This document shows, in pieces, positions 29,915 through 42,296 of a stretch of 64,000 nt of DNA. Under the pieces are notes generated by a model, which saw only the letters and a list, made by a program, of their open reading frames with translations, searched no databases and had not been told where the DNA came from. A program made the position numbers and the translations under genes. Source of the DNA: Eledone cirrhosa (lineage: Eukaryota); the NCBI GenBank assembly GCA_964016885.1, contig OZ024757.1, positions 32,612,001 to 32,676,000 of the forward strand. The letters run 5' to 3'. Each line of letters starts with the position of its first letter. Positions within the stretch are counted from its first letter, which is position 1.

Positions 29915-30400
29915 GGGTGCGGATGCATTCATGTATATATGTGTGTGTCCGCGTGTATCTGTGTGTTTCTAAATATATTGTTAATAACTCCCTCTGGTCG
30001 AGCAATCTTTGAAGTGTGGGGACAGCTGGAAAGCTTCCATTACTCATACTTCTCGCCTCCTTCACCACCTCTTCTGCGGCCTCGATATAAATACCCCCTC
30101 CGCCTCCGTGGTATTTTCTTCGGGGTTATAAGAGGCTTAGCTCTGTTTCTCGACCGTTATATCGCGTGACTATCTCCCCCTCCGCCTTTTGGGATTCTTT
30201 CTCACATCGTGTAGACGCGTTCTTGAGACTAGTAAAATGAGGTATCCTCTTGATAAGTCGGCAGACCTCGCAAGGACTCTATATCTTTATGATATATTGT
30301 TTTTGTTTATGCCACGAAACTACGTAGTCGAGGAATCTAGAAGCAGTTTAGGTATGATACATTTTATTACTAATTATATCTAAATGTTTCTTCTCTCTTC

Positions 30401-30442
<42 letters not shown>

Positions 30443-30710
30443 AAAGTTTTATTTAAAATTGTTGGGTTACAACGAGTAAATATTTTATAACTGATATAAA
30501 AGCACTCAACAGGTTTTGGAGTAGGTTTACGATATTAAACAAATGGAAACTATATTTATAAAACCATATTTATTTCATTATATATATTTCAGGGATATCA
30601 TATTAAAAATATGGTATGCCTTCCTCAGACAAAATACAATATATAAACCGTTTTATAAATAATGGTATATGGTATGTCAAATTTATTTATAAAACGGTTT
30701 ATATATTGTA

Positions 30711-30772
30711 TTTTGTCTGAGGAAGGCATACCATATTTTTAATATGATATACCTGAAATATATATAATGAAA
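30711..30772 (+). ncRNA. Hammerhead motif family D (inverted twin at ~30573-30634)
   Basis: TTTTGT-CTGAGGA-AGGcATAcCATATT(ttt)AATATGaTATaCCT-GAAA-TATATA-TA^ATGAAA. Confidence 0.6.
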
Positions 30773-31171
30773 TAAATATGGTTTTATAAATATAGTTTCC
30801 ATTTGTTTAATATCGTATATATATATATATATATATATATATACTCTTGGTGGAGTGGATGGGCAATTTGTATACCCAAAGCTCTAGCAGACGACATGTG
30901 GCCAAGCCAAGATATCACATCGTGGGACTGTGCCCAGAAGCACACGATTGCGGAACGAACTCCTTCACCACACAGCTATGCCGGTAGTGTACATGTATGT
31001 ATATGTGTATGAATGAGAGGAAGGAAAACACACACAAAATATAAATGATAACAGAAAATTATTCAAATGGTTTTCTTATATAAGAAATAATAACTTTTGT
31101 CTTATTTTTCTCACGGATACAAACTTGTTTGACGAGACCATTAGTACTCAGTTTTCTTACCGACACTGTAC

Positions 31172-31209
<38 letters not shown>

Positions 31210-31845
31210 ATGATTATGTGTGACTACATATGTAATTCTATGTGTGTGTGTGGGGGGGGGGGGGGGTTATAAACATACATTCGTGTGTATGTGTGTATAA
31301 TTGTGTGTATAAAAAAAACCTCTCTCAGAAATGCTAAATTGTCTTTCGTTTTTTGTATCTGCCATTTCCTGACTCACCTTCTAGTCGTAAGAACAAATCG
31401 TAACAAAAAGGTGTCTTTCGGAAATAGATTTTACAAACTCCTAAAGGGACTGATTGCCCTTTCAGTATGAAGCACTTACCGACACTGTCTCAACATTTAC
31501 GTGCGAGTGCATGGTTGTGTGGTTAAGGCATTTGCCTCACCACAAGTTGGTTTTGAGAGTCTAGTCTCTCTGCATAGCACCACCGTTACCCCCACCCCAC
31601 CCCACCCCACATCATGTGTATATGTGTATATGTATATATATGTATGTGTGTAAATATTTATTGCATTTTCGATTTCTTTTCCTTTTATATATATATATAT
31701 AAGGAAAAGAAATCGAAAATGCAGCTGGAGTCTTTTTTAAAATATTTATTTATTTCCTTTACTGGTTTCACAGTTTTTATGCTTTTCAAAAGTAGAATTG
31801 AGATGGAGATATATATTATCGGATTTTAGTCTTCACATTTATTAT

Positions 31846-31880
<35 letters not shown>

Positions 31881-32331
31881 GACTCCTAACATATATAAAT
31901 ATATAAATATATATATTAAAAGAAAGGGCCCAGTTTCGTCGTCTGATCATGATTCAAGACTTAGACAATTTCATCAGGTGTTGATTGCAGAATTAGTTAT
32001 ATAAGATAAAAGGATTACTGCGAACACAGAGAATAGAAGCAAGATTTGGTTCAGGGGTGGTTTCCCAAATCGGTGATATTGTAACGCCCAACAAAATAAT
32101 ATAAATGGTATGTATATATATAATATATATATATATATATATGTGTGTATGTATGTATGTATATATATGGTGAACACGAATAAAACCGCATTACTTTTCT
32201 GAAAATAACTTTTCACCCGCTTTGCTGAAATATCATAGCTATGATATAAGAAAATATACATATGTATATATATATGTGTGTTTGTGTATGGATATATATA
32301 GAGAGAGAGATGTATATATATGTATGTATAG

Positions 32332-32370
<39 letters not shown>

Positions 32371-32391
32371 GTGGTATGTAATTAACCTTTA

Positions 32392-32437
32392 TGCTCTGAT
32401 GAGTCCCACTTATAGTGCGGATGAAACAATGTTAGCA
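32392..32437 (+). ncRNA. Minimal type-I hammerhead motif, family E
   Basis: TGCT-CTGATGA-GTCC-CACT(tat)AGTG-c-GGAT-GAAAC(aat)GTT^AGCA. Confidence 0.55.
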
Positions 32438-33523
32438 AGTAAAGATATGCATATGCTATAGGCGTTCTTTGTTATTGATTATATATATATGTATATATTT
32501 ATTTATATATATATATGTGTGTATATATTTATTGATATATATATGTATATATTTATTTATATATATATATGTGTGTATATATTTATTGATATATATGTGT
32601 ATATATTTATTGATATATATATGTATATATTTATTTTTATATATATATATATATATTTGTATATATTTATTTATATATATATGTATATATTTATTTATAT
32701 ATATATATATATGTATATATTTATTTATATATATGTATGTATATATTTAGTTATATATATATATGTATATATATATTTATTTATATACATATATATGTAT
32801 GTATATATTTATTTATATACATATATATGTATGTATATATTTATTTATATACATATATATGTATGTATATATTTATTTATATACATATATATATATGTTT
32901 GTGTATATGTACATATAGAATCAAAAGAATCTGGTATATATTCTTGTCTTCTCATTCCTTCTAGGATTCTCCTCAAAAGAATTCCATTCCTTTACCCCCT
33001 CCCTCATGTCTTCTCTCCTCCCTACCCATGTCTTCACCCCTCCCTCATGTCTCCCCCTCCCATGTCTCATGTCTTCCCCCCTCTCCCATGTATTTTCTCC
33101 ATTTCACATAGAATACAGGAACCCTTCTGTATTCTTACATCCCATCTTTGGTATCGTCCTATTTTTTCAGATGGTCCTTCTCTAAACATCGACTGCACCT
33201 TCGTCAACTACCACCACCACCGCCATCACATCTATCACCTTCGTCAATACCACCACCGCCATCACATCTATCACCTTCGTCAATACCACCACCACCACCA
33301 CCACTACCACCATCACATCTATCACCTTCGACAACACCACCACTAGCACCACTATCACCAACGCCGTCGCCATCATATCTATCACCTCCGTCACTACTAC
33401 AACCACCGCCGATTTACATAAATCTTTCGTTGCACATCTGCAACATCGTCAGTGGTGTTATATATATATTTTTTTTTTTTCCTCCTGACATACAACACAA
33501 CAGGAGGAGAAAAAAAAAATATA

Positions 33524-33566
33524 ACACCACTGACGATGTTGCAGATGTGCAACGAAAGATTTATGT
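33524..33566 (+). ncRNA. Hammerhead core in fold-back (inverted copy at ~33415-33458)
   Basis: CTGACGA-T-GTTGCA(gatg)TGCAAC-GAAAGATTTA; perfect stem II, weak stem I. Confidence 0.5.
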
Positions 33567-33824
33567 AAGTTATGTAAACTATATATATGTGTTTGTGTCT
33601 ATATTGTATCTGTATTATTTTTGACCGTCGGTCAGTCAATGGCAACATTGAGGACCGAGTAAGTTAGATCGCAGATATAAAAGACAGCGAGAAGCGAAAA
33701 CCAACCAAACAGTGAGTGTGTTCTGTTATTAATTCTGGCAATATTACGCAAATATGACCCTCCCCAAGTATAACAATATCTGTTTCGACACACGATTTCA
33801 TATAAAAAACCTCGCTAAACTAAT

Positions 33825-33909
33825 ATATTTATATATATTTATATATATATATATTTATATATATATATATATTTATATATATTTATATATATTTATATAT
33901 ATATATATT

Positions 33910-33943
<34 letters not shown>

Positions 33944-34077
33944 TATATATATATATTTATATATATATATTTATATATATATTTATATATATATTTATAT
34001 ATATATATTTATATATATATATATTTATATATATATATATTTATTTATATATATATATATTTATATATATATATATT

Positions 34078-34130
<53 letters not shown>

Positions 34131-34145
34131 ATATTTATATATATT

Positions 34146-34196
<51 letters not shown>

Positions 34197-34209
34197 TTAT
34201 ATATATATA

Positions 34210-34254
<45 letters not shown>

Positions 34255-34625
34255 TTATATATATATATATATTTATATATATTTATATATATATATATAT
34301 TTATATATATTTATTTATACATATATATATTTATATATATTTATTTATACATATATATATTTATATATATTTATTTATACATATATATATTTATATATAT
34401 TTATTTATACATATATATATTTATATATATTTATTTATATATATATATATTTATATATATTTATTTATATATATATATATTTATATATATTTATTTATAT
34501 ATATATATATTTATATATATATATTTATATATATTTATTTATATATATATTTATATATATTTATTTATACATATATATATTTATATATATTTATTTATAC
34601 ATATATATATTTATATATATTTATT

Positions 34626-34657
<32 letters not shown>

Positions 34658-34825
34658 TATATATATATATTTATATATATTTATTTATATATATATATAT
34701 ATTTATATATTTATATATATTTATTTATATATATATATATTTATTTATATATATATATATTTATATATATATATTTATTTATATATTTATATATATTTAT
34801 TTATATATATATATATATATTTATT

Positions 34826-34857
<32 letters not shown>

Positions 34858-35250
34858 TATATATATTTATTTATATATATATTTATATATATTTATTTAT
34901 ATATATATTTATATATATTTATTTATATATATATATATATTTATATATATTTATTTATATATATATATATTTATTTATATATATTTATATATATTTATTT
35001 ATATATTTATATATATTTATATATTTATATATTTATATATATTTATATATTTATATATTTATATATATTTATTTATATATATATATTTATATATATATAT
35101 TTACATATATTTATTTATATATATATATTTATATATATTTATTTATACATATATATATTTATATATATTTATTTATACATATATATATTTATATATATTT
35201 ATTTATACATATATATATTTATATATATTTATTTATACATATATATATAT
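33825..35250. repeat. (TA)n/TATT-derived array
   Basis: Directly visible. Confidence 0.95.
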
Positions 35251-35251
35251 A

Positions 35252-35351
35252 CAGGGTGTCCCAAAAATTGTATACACATTTCAACAACATTCTAATAAAT
35301 ATTGCTTGTACAGGTAATCGAAGTGCGTATACATTTTTGGGGGACACCCTG
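35252..35351. mobile_element. ~100-bp hairpin MITE (Tc1/mariner-type); relatives at 22856-22931 and 63799-63896
   Basis: TIR CAGGGTGTCCCAAAAA.TGTATAC, TA flanks. Confidence 0.8.
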
Positions 35352-35400
<49 letters not shown>

Positions 35401-35643
35401 GTGTGTGTGTATATATATATACACATATATATACACATATGAATGGACCTGTTATTTTTATCTAGAGACATTTTTTCCAATTCCACCCACGCGTTCCTTC
35501 AATCTATTTTATTTCTTATTCTTTCTTCTGACGAAGGACTAGCGTCCGAAATGATAGGACCCTCTTCTTGCTATTTCAAGCGTTAACCTAATATATTCCT
35601 CCCATTTACTGTACCGATTGTGTTGTTATTTCTGTTTACCTTT

Positions 35644-35688
<45 letters not shown>

Positions 35689-35742
35689 GTTCCAAGGCTC
35701 TGATACCATCAACACAGAGCTGGCATATCTAAGAACTGACTA

Positions 35743-35789
35743 ACTGCCTGATGAGGTCATAGCCATTCAATCGAAATATATATAGCAGT
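35743..35789 (+). ncRNA. Minimal type-I hammerhead motif, family B
   Basis: ACTGC-CTGATGA-GGT...ATC-GAAA-TATATA-TA^GCAGT: 5-bp stem I, palindromic stem III. Confidence 0.65.
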
Positions 35790-36251
35790 AAATAAAGGAT
35801 TATGAGTTCATGCAATTGACTTATGTTTCGTCACTATATATATACATATATACATACATACATACATATATATTCCGTTTAAATCTGTTTCTATTTATAT
35901 TGATTTCCTGTTTTATATTTATCTTTATTTCTATTTTTCCCGTCCTTTCATGTTTTTCTTTCTCGCTACCTCACCCCCCACCCCTTCCGCACTCCCTCTC
36001 GGAGTTCCTCCCACACTCTCCTGATGAAGGACTTATGTCCGAAACGTCGTAAACAACCCTCTCCCACTCTCACCAAGCGTGAAGCTTATAACACTATGTA
36101 CCATTGACTCCTGCGTTTGTTTGTTTGTCATATATATATATATCCCGAATGAAACAGTTCCAGTAGAAGCCATTTCTATATTAAATATTTATACTCTGCT
36201 ATGTATTGAGTACCTTACTTACTGTGGTTACCCCTGATTGAACCCTGGATA

Positions 36252-36340
<89 letters not shown>

Positions 36341-37754
36341 ATACATACACACAGACACATGCCAACGGTGGTGAAACTGTTGCTCGCAGTCCGCATGCGT
36401 TTCTATGTTCGAAGATATTCTGAGTGGCTTCCGGAATGTGATAATACAGACTTTCAACACTATTTTCCTGGCACATATATATATATATGCGTATACGAGT
36501 AAATTTGCTAGGAGTATTGTATAAGTTTATGGTGGCTTTTATGTATGTATATTTTAACAGTTAATCCTTTAAAATTCTGTTAATTCTTTAAAACTGTTGC
36601 AATCCTTTAACAGAAACTCCAAAAGTCTGATAATCCCTCCAATGCCCTTAAGTTTTTCTCGTGAAATTTAAATGAATACCATGTTTATACCTGAGTTCCG
36701 TCTTCAAGCTGTTTCCGTTTATGCTGTATACAGCATATACAAATCAATCAGAAAAAAAAATGCCCGTAACTAATGCAGGGGAAGTAACTCAAAATGCGAA
36801 ATATATAATTTAGCCAGTTTGAGTTATCGTTCTTGCAAACAAAAAAAAAAAGAAATGTCTACACTTGTATCGGCGGCTAATTCGAATCTTAAATAATTGG
36901 AACTGTCGGACGGTAATTCAAATAAATTACTCAAAGGACGTGGATTGGAGTTAACATATGGTAAATTTACATTATCTTTACAAACATACTTATGTAATAT
37001 GTGTCCAAACAATGAACGTTGCATGTTATCTTAACAATTTTAAATAATACACGATACATTGTTTATTATTAGGTTCTCTTCTTTATCAGCTTTCGTAAAT
37101 ATTTTGGAAGAGATATTGTTGATTCACTATTTGTTCATGGCTGGATTGTTGGGTCATTATTCTTGGTAGTTGTGTTGGGTTCAAGAAAATTTACTAACAA
37201 ACATACGTTTTAAGTTTCTATTTGAACGTGTTTAACATTAAATGAATACATATGTTTATAAATACACATACAAATACATATACACAAGTATTATTTAATT
37301 TGTGGCTAAAAAACCTTTCGAAAATAATGTTCATTATATAAATACATATACACAAGTATAGTTTAATTTGTGGCTAAATGACCTTTCGAAAATGCTGGTC
37401 ATTACCACCGTTCTCTCCTAACCGTAAGCGTATTTCTCCCTATCATTTTTGGAGGTTCATAATTCTCCAACAGAAATGGCTAATTTTAGGGAGTATACTG
37501 CGTGAATTTGTTTGCACTTAGTGTACTCTTTGCAATTTTTTGTGTAATTAAAATAAACGAGCAAAGTATACAATATTTTTTTAAGATTTAATAATTTTCT
37601 GACAACAATTAGTTGGGCGGTGCAACTGCATCCGCAGCAACATGCCACTGCTCCTAAATAAGGTCAAATGTGTACATGTGTACGAAGCGAGTGTGTTCCC
37701 ATGTCTTTGAGACAAATATTTTATTATGATAATGATAATTGAACATGATAACTA

Positions 37755-38050
37755 ACATTGAAGCTCCGACGTCTGGCAACTGACTTGGTAAACACCCACA
37801 AAATTATTAACCATCTCGCCAACAACAACCCTGAGCACCTTTTTGATCTCCATGTGTCTAACACCTGTGGGGATACCTACAAAGCCAGAAAACAGCACAG
37901 CTCCCATGACTTTCAAAACCATTTTTTTTTCACGCTCAGAGTTGCTGAAGCACGGAACAAACTACCTGTATCAGTTGTTAGCTGTCGAGATACGGCATCC
38001 TTTAAAACTTCCATGCTTCCCGAAATTCGCCAAAACTACGCCTGGTATCC
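37755..38050 (+). mobile_element. CR1-like LINE 3' fragment
   Basis: RRLATDLVNTHKII...FFTLRVAEARNKLPVSVVS...SFK. Confidence 0.8.
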
Positions 38051-39879
38051 CCCTCCACACACACGCGCACATGTATATCATGGTTCCTACACTGTTCGGT
38101 TTCCTGACGTTTGTACATTATCCTATGTACTATACATGCACGTTTGATGAGTTATAGTGCACCTGGGCACTGTACACAATAATTCCATTATTATTATTAT
38201 TATTAAAGGGCGGTGGATTGGTAGTATCGGTAGAGGGTCGGACGCCATGCTTTCCAGCATAGTTACGTCCCTTTACGGTCTGAGTTCAAATCCCGCCGAG
38301 GTTGACTTTGCCTTACGGGGTCGATAAAATAAAGTACCAGTAATGCACTGGGTAATTGCTGGCCTTGTGCCTAAAGTAAAACAATTATTATTAAAATAAA
38401 TAAAGAAAGAAAGAAATCATTATTATTATAATTCGGTGAGATGGATTGACAGAAACAGGTAGAGCGTCAGACGCCATGCTTTCTAGCATAGTTCCGTTCC
38501 TTTACGGTCTGAGTTCAAATCCCGCCGAGGTTAACTTTGCCTTTCATCCTTAGGGGGTCGATAAAATAAAGTACCAGTAATGTACTGGGTAATTGCTGGC
38601 CTTGTGCCCAAAGTAGAAACAATTATTATAGTTCAGTGACAATTTTATCTATACTTTTATGATTAAAATGAATGAATTAATATTTTAGAACTATTTATCA
38701 GTAAATGGTCGGAAATAAGGATAATTGTTGGAAGTATATGTATATAAACACAATTTATATAGAAAGTGTATTTTAAAAAAGGGAAACTTTTATTACTACA
38801 CCGGTCTCATAAACGGCTGTTCATGGTTATCTTAGAAGACAGATAATTTACGGCGGTTTTTCGTTCAAAACATAGGAAAAAACATAAATTTCACCTTTAA
38901 AATTCTCACCAAGCCTACCGACTAACTACCCTTAAAATTAAACAATTTTTAATAGAACACCTGACGCGTGTCATAAATAAAATCCTCACTACAAAAAAAA
39001 AACAACAAATAATAACAATAATAATAATGATTTGTTTATTTATTTATTTATTAATAATGATTTCTACTATAGGCTAAGGCCAGCAATTTGGGGAGAGGGG
39101 AAAGTCGATTAAATCGACCGTAGTGCATTATTGGTGCTTTATTTTATGAACCCCGTAAGGATGAAAGGTTAAGTTAACCTGGACGGAATTCGAACATAGA
39201 ACGTAAAGGCCGTAACTCTATGCCGCAAACAAGGTATATGACGCTCTACCGATGCTGCCAATCCACCAACCTAATAATAATAATAATATAAAAATACGAA
39301 AAAATGAGATGGCCATCAACTACCAATCTTTTGAATAATCTTGTTCTTCTTTTTGAAACAGTCATTGCTTTCATATAGACACAGCATGGCTGAATGGTGA
39401 AGAAGTTCGTTTTGGGATTGTAAGGTCCCTGGTTCGATCTCACTACGTGGAATGTTGGATAGTTGTCGTTTACCATAGCTTTGAGAGTGGAATTGGGTGG
39501 ACAGTAACTGCTTGGAAGTCTGTCAGATGGATTGTGCCTATAATTCTAAGAGCCAGACTTGCCACACACTGTGTCCCACAGAATCTCCCTGAGAATTACG
39601 TCATTTTCTTGTTAATTTCATGAGCAGGCTGTTCCATTGATCGCACAACTAGAACATTCATCCTTGAAACCAACATTGGTCCATTCCAGTGCTCTTGCAA
39701 TACTGAAAGAATCATCAACAAATAGAAGGGAGGGAAGGGCAGTAGTGCCTATGACTCTTTTCAAGGCCTTTAAGACTGATAAAACAGGGGAGGGTGTCCC
39801 TAGCACAGAGGAAGATAACCCCAAATCAGGGACCTTACCTGAATGCTAACAACATAGTGGGTTAGTGGATTCTGCTAAA

Positions 39880-40200
39880 GGCACCCAAAGACTGAGCAGT
39901 GGTGTTAAACTAAGCAATGGATTAAATCAACAACCATCCAAACTAAAGAAGTTAAAACCATGCTTTGAATTTCTTGTGAATCCTTTTTTAATGGATGATG
40001 TTGATGATGGATGTCCTATTATTGCACCTTTTTGCTTGAGATGTTACTTCAACAGAAACAGAATTTATTGAGCATGTGTTAATATGGATTTGAAGCTATG
40101 GCATAAAATTTAATTTCTGATTGACTCTTGGAAACAAATTTCAGCAACAAATTATCCTGATTTTCAGAAAATAGACTCTCTTTGTTGGGACTACCTACTG
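39880..40200 (+). mobile_element. hAT transposase C-terminal remnant (SPIN/GTF2IRD2/EPM2AIP1-like)
   Basis: PCFEFLVNPF..DGCP..ETEFIE..DLKL..WKQISATNYP with frameshifts. Confidence 0.55.
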
Positions 40201-40289
40201 CTGTAAATCTCTCCTATCTTTAAATGAAATATGTCAAGTAAAAACATTCCACTATCTTCAGTAACATCCACCTCACTGGCCTTCTTATA

Positions 40290-40568
40290 GTAATGGAGAA
40301 TCTTTTTATATGAAATACTTGGAACCAGAAGTCTTTCAGATTTTGGAATATATGTATTTTTCAGGCTCATTGAACTGCCATGATAGACACACAGTTTCGG
40401 CAACTTGATTGGTTTGTATATGCTGTATACAGCATCTATAAAAGGGGACAGCTTGGAGATGGAACCTAGGTCTAAACATGATATCCACTTACATTTCACA
40501 AGGAAAAATTCACGAGTCTTCGAGGTTTTCAGATTTTTGGAGTTTCTGATAAAGGATTATTAGCCTTT
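40290..40568 (+). mobile_element. Tigger/pogo-type MITE resembling Tigger4/MER46
   Basis: Blocks AAATACTTGGAACCAGAAGTCTTTCAGATTTTGGAATAT and CTTGGAGATGGAACCTAGGTCTAAACATGA resemble the Tigger4 consensus as recalled. Confidence 0.55.
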
Positions 40569-41701
40569 TAACATCCTACCCACTGAATTTTAAAGGATTA
40601 ACTGCTAATATGGTATGATATGATCTCATAATTTCTGATGGAGTCATAGATAGGGGTGTCTGCATTGACATACAGTATTTCTTAGGCTTTTTAAGCCCAT
40701 CCCTTTCCAGGCATGAGTACAGCAGATTTCTTCCAGAGAAGGATAGAAAGTGAAAGAGATATAGGAGAAGAATCAACCCCAGTACTAGACTGGTACATGT
40801 TTTATCGACTTTGAAAGGATGAAAGGCAAAATTGACCTCTGGGATTTGAACTGCTACAATAGGACTCAGTAAATGTTTCAACAAACGGGGATTAATCACT
40901 CTTCTTTGGTGAGTACAACTATTTCATTTTAAGATTTCTTATTTATAAATATAATTTAATCCGTTTGATAACTGCATTATCTATTTTGTCAATGGCAAAT
41001 TTCTACAGCTGCATGATTTTCCTGACACCAACCCATACTTTTCAGTATGGTAGAGGTTCACTAACTTTACACTTTTTTGGATGCAGACATACACAAACAC
41101 ACATACATACATTCACAAACACATATATAGAGAGAGATAGATAGATAGAGAAAGATACATACACACACATATATATATATATATATTTAAGACTGATAAG
41201 ACTGGGGAGGGTGTCCCTAGCACAGAGGAAGATAACCCCAATATATATATATATATATATATAATGTGTTAGGAAGGGCATCCTGCCAGAGACGCTTCCA
41301 TGCAAATGACACTTGGTCTCCTGACCATTCCTGCATCAAATGGAACAAAACCGTCTAACCCATGCTAGCGTGGAAGATGGACGTTAAACGATGATGATGA
41401 TGATGATATATATATCATCATCATCATCATCGTTTAACGTCCATGTTCCACGCTTGCATGGGTTTGGACGAGAGTTTTCCTGCTTGAGGCAAGAGTGGTT
41501 GTCTTGCTCGCATAGGACTGTCTGGCGGGTTTTCTACAGCTGGATGCCCTTCCTAACACCAACCACATTTATATATATATACACACACACACACATATAT
41601 ATATATACACACACACACACACATGAAAATAATAAATAACAAGACAACTGTTTTTTTTTTCTTTTCTTTGTTTTCTTTTCAAAAAAACATGTAAATGGCT
41701 T

Positions 41702-42296
41702 CTAAATCAATGACGATGATGTTCCTGGTAGAGAATCTGTTGATGTACAATGTGACTGTGATTGTTGTTGGACAACAGATGATGAGGATGGTTTAATGGA
41801 AGAAAAGTCTAATGTGGAGTTTTTCATATTTGAATTATGTCCAATTGTCTTCTCAGAGGAAGCTCCTTCTTCAGCTTCAGCATCGCTAGAGACAGGGTAT
41901 CGAAGTAACGTTGTGCTTTTGCTCTCACTAGCACTATGTTGATCCCAGTTTTTAAAAGCTCTCTGCTCCTCAGTGATGCGTGACAAAGCAGCTGCTGCAC
42001 ACCTCTGCTGCATACTAGGCAATGCAATCCGTTCGGTGCCATCATCATCATCGTCGTCATTATCAATATTATTGTTATCGTTTGGTGATACTAATCGTGG
42101 TTCGGATGTTGTAGACGGGGTGTCTTCCAAAACAGATTCCGTAGAAACATCTCGAAATAGTTGGTACAAATCTCCTATAGTCAGCATTGTGTCATTCCGA
42201 TCAGAAGGAACAAGGTTAGTCGTTGTGGAAGTCAGCATTAATCTTATGCGTTCTTCTATTGTGGCTTTAATATAGAATCTGTGAACTTCCGTTGCC
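41702..42296 (-). CDS. SHPRH: SHPRH terminal coding exon (ATEVHRFYIKATIEERI...LTIGDLYQLF + long tail, stop TAG)
   Basis: tcacag acceptor; phase matches previous exon (AT|G); within ORF 41702..42397. Confidence 0.92.

Noticed and set aside
33148-33420. Pro-rich/His-rich ORFs ([11 protein letters not shown] repeats)
   Set aside because: Short CAC/CAT-based minisatellite between a TA array and a fold-back; no splice or start evidence
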